DNA of 64,000 bases from NCBI GenBank assembly GCA_043823065.1, contig JBDRBB010000008.1:256554-320553 (forward strand), in the 5' to 3' direction. Position 1 is the first letter of the stretch; every line of letters starts with the position of its first letter. The stretch is from Pseudomonadota bacterium. GTDB taxonomy: Bacteria > UBA10199 > 2-02-FULL-44-16 > DYJF01. Position numbers and translations under genes: made by a program. Below, one piece after another: positions 28,616-36,935 of this stretch. The notes beneath the pieces were generated by a model. That model did no database searches. It saw only the letters and a list, made by a program, of their open reading frames with translations, and was not told the origin of the DNA.

Positions 28616-28633
28616 AGAGCAAATTCGAAATTC

Positions 28634-28791
28634 GTAACCTCTCACCTTTTTGAAGTGGATTAGTGGAAAAAGTTTGCCATTGCGAGGAGCGCAAGCGACG
28701 AAGCAATCCCGTGGCTTCATCGGGATTGCTTCGCTAACGCTCGCAATGACAACCGTTAAGCTTTATTCACTTCAAAATCGTGAGCAGTTAC
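28634..28791. mobile_element. Putative MITE with 29-bp imperfect TIRs (GTAAC...GTTAC)
   Basis: gtaacctctcacctttttgaagtggatta vs reverse complement of 28763-28791: 23/29 matches. Confidence 0.6.
28674..28752 (+). repeat. GTCA-tagged palindromic element, same family as the queG insertion
   Basis: ttgccattgcgaggagcgcaagcgacgaagcaatccc...gggattgcttcgctaacgctcgcaatgacaa. Confidence 0.9.
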
Positions 28792-28881
28792 CAAAATTCA
28801 AATGTTCGAAACAATATGTTTTGAATTTTAGTCATTAGTATTTTGATATTGTTTAGAAATTAGAATTTAGTGCTTAGGATT

Positions 28882-29535
28882 TTAGTAATGTACTCCAATA
28901 TAAAAGATGCCATTGAATTGAGGTTTGAATCCGCCTTGGTAGATTAAGGTGCTGGGCAGGCTGGCGCCATTCACCGTCAGGTTTTGCCTGACTTTGTCAA
29001 AGAAAATAAGATCTTCGTGAATATCAATGCCAAAAGAAAGATATTTTAGGATCAAAAAGTTCAGGCCAATGCCAAAGGAAGGTCCCCAGCCAAAGCTAGT
29101 GACCGCTGTGTCTGTTGAGTTTTCATTGCCAGGCAGAGAAGAAATTTTAAAAGCCAGACCTCCTCTCAGGGTAGGTATAATTCTTAAAGACTTAAATTTG
29201 GTTAAGATGTCGGTAATAAAAAAATAGCGACAGTTTAAATTAGCGCCAACTAAATGTTCACGCCTACCCCCTTTAATATTGGTGCCGTATTTGCCTTCAA
29301 GTTCAGCAGCAATCCAATCTCTAATGTTCCAGCCAAAGATTAAGCCAAGAGCAGGTTCAAAATCTCGTCCGTGTTTGATATTGCTGTATTGATCGCGGTC
29401 ATAATTTACCTGCATGGCGCCGCCTTCCAAATATAGATATGGACCTGAATTAAATCCTTCTAAAGGGCGAGCCTCTGCTGTGGAGTGAAACCAAATCACC
29501 AAAACTAATAAAGTGATATATGTCAGATATCTCAA
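28882..29535 (-). CDS. Small outer-membrane beta-barrel protein
   Basis: Signal peptide (AEA), amphipathic strands, C-terminal YIGVHY beta-signal. Confidence 0.75.
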   Translation of the reverse strand: MRYLTYITLLVLVIWFHSTAEARPLEGFNSGPYLYLEGGAMQVNYDRDQYSNIKHGRDFEPALGLIFGWNIRDWIAAELEGKYGTNIKGGRREHLVGANLNCRYFFITDILTKFKSLRIIPTLRGGLAFKISSLPGNENSTDTAVTSFGWGPSFGIGLNFLILKYLSFGIDIHEDLIFFDKVRQNLTVNGASLPSTLIYQGGFKPQFNGIFYIGVHY

Positions 29536-29545
29536 GATTGGTGTT

Positions 29546-29612
29546 TCGTCGCTAGTCGCTCGTCAGTCGTATATCGTAAAAACGATGTACGATGTACGAA
29601 CAACTAAAAACG
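29546..29612. repeat. Heptamer-periodic hairpin downstream of asnA
   Basis: tcgtcgc-tagtcgc-tcgtcag-tcgtata-tcgt / acga-tgtacga-tgtacga-acaacta. Confidence 0.5.
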
Positions 29613-29616
29613 GCAT

Positions 29617-30645
29617 TTATAACAAAGGTATTCCCTTCTTTTTACACTCTTTGGCCAGCTCTTTTGGCCAGACGCTTGCTTGCACTTCGCCAATATGCAT
29701 TTTTCTTAAAAATAGCATGCATAGTCTTGATTGCCCAATGCCACCCCCAATGCTTAAGGGTAATTTATTGCGCAAAAGTTTTTGGTGATAGGGTTGTTTG
29801 GCATAAAATTCTTTTTTTCTGATTTTTAACTGGGCCTTCAAAGAAGTGGCATCTACTCTAATGCCCATGGAGGAAAGCTCATAAGCTGAATTTAAGCCTG
29901 GATACCAGACTATAATATCGCCATTTAACCCTCTTTGATTGTTTTTGTCTTTGGTCCACCAATCATCATAATCTGGCGCGCGTCCGTCATGAGGCTTTCC
30001 GTTTTTAAGAGGGGCGCCAATGCCAATGATGAAAACAGCTTTTTTTTCTTGGCAAATAACGTTTTCTCTTTGGCGCGGAGTTAGTTTGGGATATTTTTTT
30101 TCCAGATCTACTGAGTGCACAAAATAGATATTTTTAGGCAGAAACGGTTTGCCTAAAGCAGGATATCTTTTGCAAACCTTTTTTTCTGTTTCATAAATCA
30201 CTTTATAAATTTTTTTAACAGTTGTTTTTAAGAATTCTACGTTACGATCTTGGCGCTTAATAATTTTTTCCCAATCCCATTGATCAACATAAATTGAATG
30301 CAGATGATCAAGTGTTTCATCCGGACGCAAGGCATTCATATCTGTATAAAGACCCTGGCCTGGTTTAAATTTATATTCTGCTAATGCTGCTCTTTTCCAT
30401 TTGGCCAGAGATTGGACGATTTCCATATCTCCGTTTCTGATATCTTTGACCTTAAAACCAATTGGTTTTTCCACGCCATTTAAGTTGTCGTTAATGCCGC
30501 TTGTTTTTTGCACTGCCATTGGCGCAGAAACCCGGTTTATCTTTAAAGTCCTGGCCAAATTTTGCTGAAAACTATCTTTGACAAACTTAATGGCTTGTTC
30601 TGTTTGCATTAGATTCAACTTGGGCCGATAAACCATATTTTTCAT
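29617..30645 (-). CDS. asnA: Aspartate--ammonia ligase
   Basis: GINDNLNG, QSLAKWKR, HSIYVDQWDWE, GRAPDYDDW, SIGGGIGQSR. Confidence 0.97.
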   Translation of the reverse strand: MKNMVYRPKLNLMQTEQAIKFVKDSFQQNLARTLKINRVSAPMAVQKTSGINDNLNGVEKPIGFKVKDIRNGDMEIVQSLAKWKRAALAEYKFKPGQGLYTDMNALRPDETLDHLHSIYVDQWDWEKIIKRQDRNVEFLKTTVKKIYKVIYETEKKVCKRYPALGKPFLPKNIYFVHSVDLEKKYPKLTPRQRENVICQEKKAVFIIGIGAPLKNGKPHDGRAPDYDDWWTKDKNNQRGLNGDIIVWYPGLNSAYELSSMGIRVDATSLKAQLKIRKKEFYAKQPYHQKLLRNKLPLSIGGGIGQSRLCMLFLRKMHIGEVQASVWPKELAKECKKKGIPLL

Positions 30646-30653
30646 TGTTCCCC

Positions 30654-32375
30654 CTAGATAAAAAATTTTAAAATAATATTTAACAAACTACCAACAGTGA
30701 TAGTAATAATCAACATGATTAAGGTGGATAAAAGAAGTAAACGCAGGCCAAGTTCTTTGAAGATCATTACAAAACTGGCAATGCAAGGAAAGGTCATGGC
30801 CAGAACTGAGCAGCCTATGATAAGTTGTTTAAGCGAAAGATTAAGTCCAGTTAACATACCCACAGCAACATCTTTACGCAAAAAACCAATAATTATAGCA
30901 AAGACTGCATTTGGAGGAAGTCCCCACAGTTTTTCAATTACAGGTGAGGTGGCTTTGGCTATCCCAGAGAACAAACCTAAATAATAAATAATGTTAATAA
31001 TTAACACGCCAATTAAAACAACGGGCAGCGCTTCTTTTAAAAAACCCTTAGTACGTATCCAGAATTTTTTTAAAAACGGTTTGGGTCTGGGTATCCTTAA
31101 AGGAGGCACATCTAAAAGCATTTCCGGGCTAAAGCCTTTGATAAGTTTATTGAGCAGAATGCCAGTAATTAGCCAGGTGCAAAAAATAATAAGGTAAACC
31201 AAAAAAATGTAGATTAAACCAAACTTGCCCAACACCCCAATAATCATGGCTTGCAGGGCAGCGCAGGGAACAGCAATGGAGATTAGGGTAATGGCGATAA
31301 ATCTTTCGCGTTTAGATTCTAAGCTTCTGGTGGCTAAAATGCCAGGCACATTACAACCCAGGCCTAACAGGTGGGGGATCACGGCATAGCCATGCAAACC
31401 CATATGGTGCATTAAATGATCAAGTAAAATGGCAAATCTGGGTAAATAACCAATATCTTCCAAAGCGCCCAAAACCAGATAAAAAGCAATAATATAGGGC
31501 AAAACAGCAGCAATAGGCACATAAAGGCCAGTGGTCAAAACACCAAAAGACTGGGTGTAATCAATGCTACCATCAATTATTTTGCCGATTAAAATATTGT
31601 GCAGAAAATGCTGATTTTGTAAAACCAAAGATAGCTTAAGCAACAGCGGGCTTAGTCCTTTTTCAAATAGAGGATCAAACAAATGGTTTATCAATCCTTC
31701 GCCAATGGTGCGGATAATTAAAAAAGAAAACACCATAACCAAAAGCCCAATGAACATGCTGCCAAAAGGTTTGACCGCAAAATCTTCCAAGCGCTGAAGA
31801 AAAGTATGGCGGTGAGGTTTTAGTTCCTGGACTAAAGAGATAATTTGACCGATTTGTTTCCATCTGGATTTATCAGTTCCAGTGCTTTTAAGTTTGGGTT
31901 TGGCTTGAGACAAAGCAGTAACCGCTTCTTTAATACCCTGACCAGTTACAGCTATAGTTGCAATGACTGGCACGCCTAAAATCTCTTCCAGTTTTTGGAT
32001 ATCAATAGTAATGCCCCGATGGCTGGTTTCATCCCACATATTTAAGACCACAACCAGGGGCTTGCCTGTTTCCAAAAGTTGCAGGGTCAGATTAAGACTT
32101 CGTTCCAGATTAGTGGCATCTACTACATTGATGATATAATCTCCACCTTCAAGCATTTCTAAAGCAACTTCATCTGCCTTGGAATGATTTTCCAAAGAAT
32201 AGATACCAGGTACGTCAATTACCTGGGCTTTTTCTTTAGCTAAAAGCATTTCTCCTTTGGTATATTCCACAGTTGTGCCAGGATAGTTAGAGGCAAAAAC
32301 ATGCACTCCTGTTAAACGGGAGAAAAGCACACTTTTGCCAACATTAGGATTGCCGATCAGTAAGATTTTTTTCAT
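30654..32375 (-). CDS. feoB: Ferrous iron transporter FeoB
   Basis: GNPNVGKS, NYPGTTVE, DVPG, NMWD G-domain; LEDIGYLPR, GLGCNVP gate motifs. Confidence 0.96.
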   Translation of the reverse strand: MKKILLIGNPNVGKSVLFSRLTGVHVFASNYPGTTVEYTKGEMLLAKEKAQVIDVPGIYSLENHSKADEVALEMLEGGDYIINVVDATNLERSLNLTLQLLETGKPLVVVLNMWDETSHRGITIDIQKLEEILGVPVIATIAVTGQGIKEAVTALSQAKPKLKSTGTDKSRWKQIGQIISLVQELKPHRHTFLQRLEDFAVKPFGSMFIGLLVMVFSFLIIRTIGEGLINHLFDPLFEKGLSPLLLKLSLVLQNQHFLHNILIGKIIDGSIDYTQSFGVLTTGLYVPIAAVLPYIIAFYLVLGALEDIGYLPRFAILLDHLMHHMGLHGYAVIPHLLGLGCNVPGILATRSLESKRERFIAITLISIAVPCAALQAMIIGVLGKFGLIYIFLVYLIIFCTWLITGILLNKLIKGFSPEMLLDVPPLRIPRPKPFLKKFWIRTKGFLKEALPVVLIGVLIINIIYYLGLFSGIAKATSPVIEKLWGLPPNAVFAIIIGFLRKDVAVGMLTGLNLSLKQLIIGCSVLAMTFPCIASFVMIFKELGLRLLLLSTLIMLIITITVGSLLNIILKFFI

Positions 32376-33097
32376 GAATTAATTTCCACCAATACTTTCT
32401 TGGCCATGCCATTGCCTATGGCGAGCTGCCTTCTATCAATAGAAACAACCACTGGTCCGCCCAAAAGCATAGCGCTTACTTTGGTGATATGCTTGCCGGG
32501 CCTTAGACCCATGGAGGCTAATCTGCGCAAGGCGTTTTCGCCGCAAAGCAGCTCTTTGATTGTGCCGCTTTGGCCTGCTTTAAGTTTGGCCAGAGGTATT
32601 AGGTTTTGCGCTTCTGCCTTGGTTGGTTTGGGTATTTCAGGCAATTTTGTTTTAGCAGCGCATTCCTGACAGATGCCGTAAAGAGTAAGGTTATGATCTT
32701 CAAGCGTAAAATTGTGGGAACTAGCTATCTCATCTTGCATCTTTTCCAGGGGAGGCGAGCTAAATTCAATGATTTTAGCGCAACGCCGGCACACCAGATG
32801 ATCATGATGCTGATGGGCAAAAATATGGTCATAATAAACCGACCCGTCTTCCAGCTGAACAGTTCTGGCTAAACCTGCAGCTACAAAAATTTCCAGGCTA
32901 TTGCGGATAGTTTTAGGATCTACTTCCACCTTGTCTTTGGTATGATTATAAAGCTCTTCTGCTGAAATATGGTGTTTCATTTCTAAAAAAGCCATTAAAA
33001 CAGCTTCTCTTTTCTCGCTATAGTGCAAGCCTTGTTCCTGACAAAAATCAGTTAAAACCTGTTTCTCCAGGCTATATTTATCTTTAGGAGTATTCAT
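32372..33097 (-). CDS. Fur-family regulator fused to a C-terminal FeoA domain
   Basis: HISAEELY, HHDHLVCRRC, LYGICQEC, then 'LAKLKAGQSG...RRLASMGLRPG...LAIGNGMAKKVLV'. Confidence 0.9.
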   Translation of the reverse strand: MNTPKDKYSLEKQVLTDFCQEQGLHYSEKREAVLMAFLEMKHHISAEELYNHTKDKVEVDPKTIRNSLEIFVAAGLARTVQLEDGSVYYDHIFAHQHHDHLVCRRCAKIIEFSSPPLEKMQDEIASSHNFTLEDHNLTLYGICQECAAKTKLPEIPKPTKAEAQNLIPLAKLKAGQSGTIKELLCGENALRRLASMGLRPGKHITKVSAMLLGGPVVVSIDRRQLAIGNGMAKKVLVEINS

Positions 33098-33101
33098 AGA
33101 C

Positions 33102-33118
33102 TTTTCCTTTCAGGAAAA
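33102..33118 (-). promoter_or_regulatory. Candidate operator palindrome over the fur-feoA ribosome-binding region
   Basis: TTTTCCT-N3-AGGAAAA 7-3-7 inverted repeat; TTGACA on the minus strand at 33149-33154. Confidence 0.45.
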
Positions 33119-33241
33119 CTTTGTGTTTATTAGATAAGTGGTGACAATTGTCAAGGCTCCCCAAATATCCTTTTCTTGGCAAACAATTCAAAATTGTTTA
33201 AGATTACCTGAATTTTTGACGATTCTTAAAAAGGGGGATTA

Positions 33242-35725
33242 ATGAAGAAGCTCAAACCGTCAGAACTGCGTTGGCGTTGTTCCAGTGAATATTTGAAGTT
33301 TTTTAAGGATGCCAGCAAGATACCTTCCACAAATATGGTTGTTGGTCAGGATCGAGCCTTGGATGCCCTGGATTTAGGGCTTAAGCTGTTTAGGCCAGGT
33401 TATAATATTTATGTAGCTGGCGTGGCTGGTACAGGTAGAATTACTACGATTAAGAGGGTTTTGGAACAAATGCGACCTATTTGCGAGCCTCCACCTGATC
33501 GTTGTTATGTTTATAATTTTAGCGATGCCTCTCAGCCGGTGTTGCTCAGCTTTAAGAGCGGTCAGGGTAAGGCCTTTCGCGATGATATGGCTGAGCTGGT
33601 GAGGGTGTTAAAAACGGAAATACCCAAAGCCTTGGAATCCACCCATGTTACTAAAGAAAAAGATTTATTAATTGAAAGATACCAGCGTCAGGAAAAAAAG
33701 ATTTTTGAAGATTTTGCTGATGAACTAAGAAAAGAAGGTTTTGCCTTGGTGCAAATTCAGGAAGGCGGCTATGTTTCTCCTTCAATTTTCCCAATTGTGG
33801 GTGATGAAGCTGTTTCCATCGATTATTTGGATAATTTGGTTAAAGAAGGAAAACTTTCAGAAGAAGAACGAGAGAAAAAAGTAAACAAGCACAGAGAATT
33901 ATCCAAAGAATTAAAAAGAGTTTTGACCAAAGCGCGTTCCATAGGCAGAGAAATGCACCAAGCCTTGGATCGTCTTCTGCAGCGTTCTACATCCATGATC
34001 TTAGATGGTTTAATAGATGATTTGCGCACTCGTTATACAGATGAACGTGTTCGCAAATATTTACTGCATGTAAAAAACCACATTCTTAAAAACGTGGAGA
34101 TCTTTAGTGGTAAAGAAAAGAAAGAAGAAGGTTTAATCTTTATTGGCGGCGGCAAGCAACATGAAGATCCTTTTTGGATATATGAAGTAAACCTGCTTTC
34201 TGATCAAACTCAGCGGGAAGATTCTACACAGTGTCCTATTGTGGAAGAACACAATCCTACTTATGTAAATTTATTTGGCGCAATAGAACATGTTTTTAGT
34301 CCAGGCGGATCTTGGAACACAGATTTCAGACACATTAAAGGCGGTTCAATTCTTATGGCAGATGGTGGATATTTGATTGTCAATGCCATGGATCTGCTGC
34401 GCCGTCCTTTTGTTTGGGATCAATTAAAACGGGTTTTAAAAACCGGGAAATTAGTTATTCAACAACCAGAATATTATTTTTCCATTACTCCTTTAGCTAT
34501 CAAGCCCGAACCAATTGAATTGAATGTTAAGGTGATAATGATCGGCTCTTCTTGGTTATATACCCTGCTTTATAATTGGGAAGACGACTTTCCGAAAATA
34601 TTTAAGGTTCTGTCTGATTTTGATACTACGATGAAGGTCAGTAAAGATAGTGTTCAGCAATATGCTTCTGTTCTAAAGACCGTGTGTGAGCGGGGCGAAC
34701 TTCTACCTCTTGATAAAGAAGGTTTGGCTGAAATGCTGGAATATGGAGTGGAAGAAGCAGAAAACCAGGACCGAATTTCCACCAGGTTTGCTTATATTAC
34801 TGACGTGTTAAGAGAGGCTAACCATTGGGCAGAATTAGACAAGGCTAAAAACATTTCCAGAAAACATGTGGAAAAAGCTGTTGAGGCCAAAAGAAAACGG
34901 CACGCTTTAACCGAAGAAAGGGTGCAAAGATTAATTGATGAAGGCGTAATTATCATTGATACTAAAAGCAAACGAGCTGGTCAGGTAAATGGACTGGCTG
35001 TTTATTCTCTTGGTCACACTTCATTTGGCAAACCCTCACGCATAACTGCCAGCGCTGCGCTTGGTAAAAGCGGGGTAATAAACATTGAAAGAGAATCTAA
35101 ACTTTCCGGCCCAACTCATGACAAAGGAGTTTTAATTTTGACCGGATATTTAAGAGAGAAATACGCCCAAAAAACACCGCTGAATTTATCAGCTTCAATT
35201 TGTTTTGAGCAGTCCTACGGCGGTATAGATGGAGACAGCGCTTCTTCCACAGAACTTTATGCGTTGTTATCTAGTTTGGCAGATGCTCCGATTAATCAGG
35301 GAATTGCGGTTACAGGTTCCATTAATCAAAAGGGCGATATTCAACCCATTGGCGGAGTTAATGAAAAAATCGAGGGCTTCTATGATGTTTGCCAGGCCCA
35401 AGGTTTAACAGGTAAACAAGGGGTGATTATACCTATTCAGAATTTAAGGCATTTAATGCTACGCAAAGATGTGGTTAAAGCAGTTGAGAATAAAAAATTT
35501 CATGTTTATGCGGTTAGCAATATAGATGAGGGCATTGAAATTTTAACTGGTTTTAAGGCTGGTAAAGCCAATAAAGATGGTGCTTATCCAGGTAATACAA
35601 TTCATGGCAAGGTTTCCAAAAAATTACAAGATATGGCAGAGGCTATTAAAAGCTATGAAACAAATGAGGATAAGAAAAAGAAAGTAGTTGGGAAAAAAGC
35701 AAAAAAGAAGAAAAAAAAGAGATAG
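33242..35725 (+). CDS. LonC-like (Lon S16, AAA_32) protease
   Basis: GQDRA, degenerate Walker A GVAGTGRIT, GQVNGL, EQSYGGIDGDSASS, GGVNEKIEGF Ser-Lys dyad. Confidence 0.92.
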   Translation: MKKLKPSELRWRCSSEYLKFFKDASKIPSTNMVVGQDRALDALDLGLKLFRPGYNIYVAGVAGTGRITTIKRVLEQMRPICEPPPDRCYVYNFSDASQPVLLSFKSGQGKAFRDDMAELVRVLKTEIPKALESTHVTKEKDLLIERYQRQEKKIFEDFADELRKEGFALVQIQEGGYVSPSIFPIVGDEAVSIDYLDNLVKEGKLSEEEREKKVNKHRELSKELKRVLTKARSIGREMHQALDRLLQRSTSMILDGLIDDLRTRYTDERVRKYLLHVKNHILKNVEIFSGKEKKEEGLIFIGGGKQHEDPFWIYEVNLLSDQTQREDSTQCPIVEEHNPTYVNLFGAIEHVFSPGGSWNTDFRHIKGGSILMADGGYLIVNAMDLLRRPFVWDQLKRVLKTGKLVIQQPEYYFSITPLAIKPEPIELNVKVIMIGSSWLYTLLYNWEDDFPKIFKVLSDFDTTMKVSKDSVQQYASVLKTVCERGELLPLDKEGLAEMLEYGVEEAENQDRISTRFAYITDVLREANHWAELDKAKNISRKHVEKAVEAKRKRHALTEERVQRLIDEGVIIIDTKSKRAGQVNGLAVYSLGHTSFGKPSRITASAALGKSGVINIERESKLSGPTHDKGVLILTGYLREKYAQKTPLNLSASICFEQSYGGIDGDSASSTELYALLSSLADAPINQGIAVTGSINQKGDIQPIGGVNEKIEGFYDVCQAQGLTGKQGVIIPIQNLRHLMLRKDVVKAVENKKFHVYAVSNIDEGIEILTGFKAGKANKDGAYPGNTIHGKVSKKLQDMAEAIKSYETNEDKKKKVVGKKAKKKKKKR

Positions 35726-35734
35726 GCTTGGGTA

Positions 35735-36133
35735 ATGACAAAACAAAAAAATAATAGTAAACTGATTAATCAGGCCAGACAGGCTCGAAAAAAAGCCTAT
35801 GCGCCATATTCCAAATTTAAAGTGGGCGCAGCTTTAGAGACTAAAAAGGGCAAAGTATATACAGGTTGTAATGTTGAAAATGCTTCTTATGGTATTGCGG
35901 TTTGCGCGGAACGGGTTGCCTTGTTTAAGGCTATTGCAGATGGAGTGAAAGATTTTAAAAGAATTGCAGTGATAGCAGATACCAAGGAGGCTTGCCCTCC
36001 TTGTGGAATTTGTCGCCAGGCCTTGTTTGAATTTGCGCCAGATCTGAAAATTGTGATGGCTAATCTCAAAGGCAAAGAAGAGGTGATGCCCTTGCGTGAT
36101 CTTTTAGCCAAACCTTTTCATAGAAAAATATAG
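35735..36133 (+). CDS. cdd: Cytidine deaminase (tetrameric type)
   Basis: AYAPYSKFKVGAA, GCNVENASYG, CAERVA, PCGICRQ. Confidence 0.97.
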   Translation: MTKQKNNSKLINQARQARKKAYAPYSKFKVGAALETKKGKVYTGCNVENASYGIAVCAERVALFKAIADGVKDFKRIAVIADTKEACPPCGICRQALFEFAPDLKIVMANLKGKEEVMPLRDLLAKPFHRKI

Positions 36134-36143
36134 GAGTGATAAT

Positions 36144-36512
36144 ATGAGAAAGATTCTTTTGATTGAAGATGAGCCAGATCAAGTCTTAATGATTGGGGAA
36201 AGATTGAAAGCAGAAGGATATGCTTTTATCTCAGCCAATAATGGCGAAGATGGTTTGAAAAAAGTGATTGAGGAAAAACCAGATTTGGTAATTATAGATT
36301 TGGTGATTCCCAAAATTGATGGTTTTGAAGTTTGTCGCCGAATGAAACAAAATCCAGATACACAGAAAATCCCGGTAATCATAGTTTCTGCTTATGCTAT
36401 GAAAGAGTTTGGCAAGATTGCAACTGATACTGGTGCAGATGCTTGTCTGAAAAGACCACATGAGGAAACAGAATTAACTGACACCATAGAGCGTTTATTG
36501 GGAGATGCCTGA
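36144..36512 (+). CDS. Stand-alone response regulator receiver (conserved Lys appears replaced by Arg)
   Basis: ILLIEDE, DLVIPKIDG, LKRP. Confidence 0.9.
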   Translation: MRKILLIEDEPDQVLMIGERLKAEGYAFISANNGEDGLKKVIEEKPDLVIIDLVIPKIDGFEVCRRMKQNPDTQKIPVIIVSAYAMKEFGKIATDTGADACLKRPHEETELTDTIERLLGDA

Positions 36513-36539
36513 GATTAAAACAGGGAAGGTGAAATTATC

Positions 36540-36911
36540 ATGGGTGAAAAAAAGAAAATTTTAATTATAGATGATGAAACAGATTTAGTGGAATTGCTGC
36601 GCATTAGATTGGAAGCGCTAAATTATCAGGTTTATGCAGCAAATGACGGACAAGAGGGATTGGATAAGGCTAGAGAAGTAAATCCAGATCTAATTTTGTT
36701 GGATGTGATGATGCCTAAAATGGATGGTTATCAGGTGTGCCGTATGCTGAAATTCGATGAGGTTTATAAAAATATTCCAATTATTATGGTTACCGCCAGG
36801 GGTAGATCACAAGATGTTGAAACAGGAAAAAAAGTTGGCGCAGATGATTATATGACCAAACCCTTTGAAACAAGCGCATTGCTGGAAAAAATCAAAAAAT
36901 TTCTCGGTTAA
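36540..36911 (+). CDS. Stand-alone response regulator receiver
   Basis: ILIIDDE, LLDVMMPKMDG, TKPF. Confidence 0.93.
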   Translation: MGEKKKILIIDDETDLVELLRIRLEALNYQVYAANDGQEGLDKAREVNPDLILLDVMMPKMDGYQVCRMLKFDEVYKNIPIIMVTARGRSQDVETGKKVGADDYMTKPFETSALLEKIKKFLG

Positions 36912-36935
36912 ATAATATTGCCTTAAGGATGGAAC

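Larger units (their letters stand above)
28621..28882. repeat. Heptamer-periodic inverted repeat with its left arm interrupted by nested elements
   Basis: Right arm 28819-28882 resembles the 19919-20053 element; left arm split into 28621-28633 and 28792-28812. Confidence 0.6.

Noticed and set aside
28364..28838. ORFs 28364..28720 (-) and 28650..28838 (+)
   Set aside because: Translations of the palindromic elements and of the dnaB antisense strand.
29617..30645. asnA as a horizontally acquired gene
   Set aside because: Plausible from its patchy distribution, but there is no compositional or mobility evidence in the sequence; it needs a phylogeny.
33242..35725. Degenerate Walker motifs as a sign of a Lon pseudogene
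   Set aside because: Expected for LonC-type proteases; the frame and the Ser-Lys dyad are intact.
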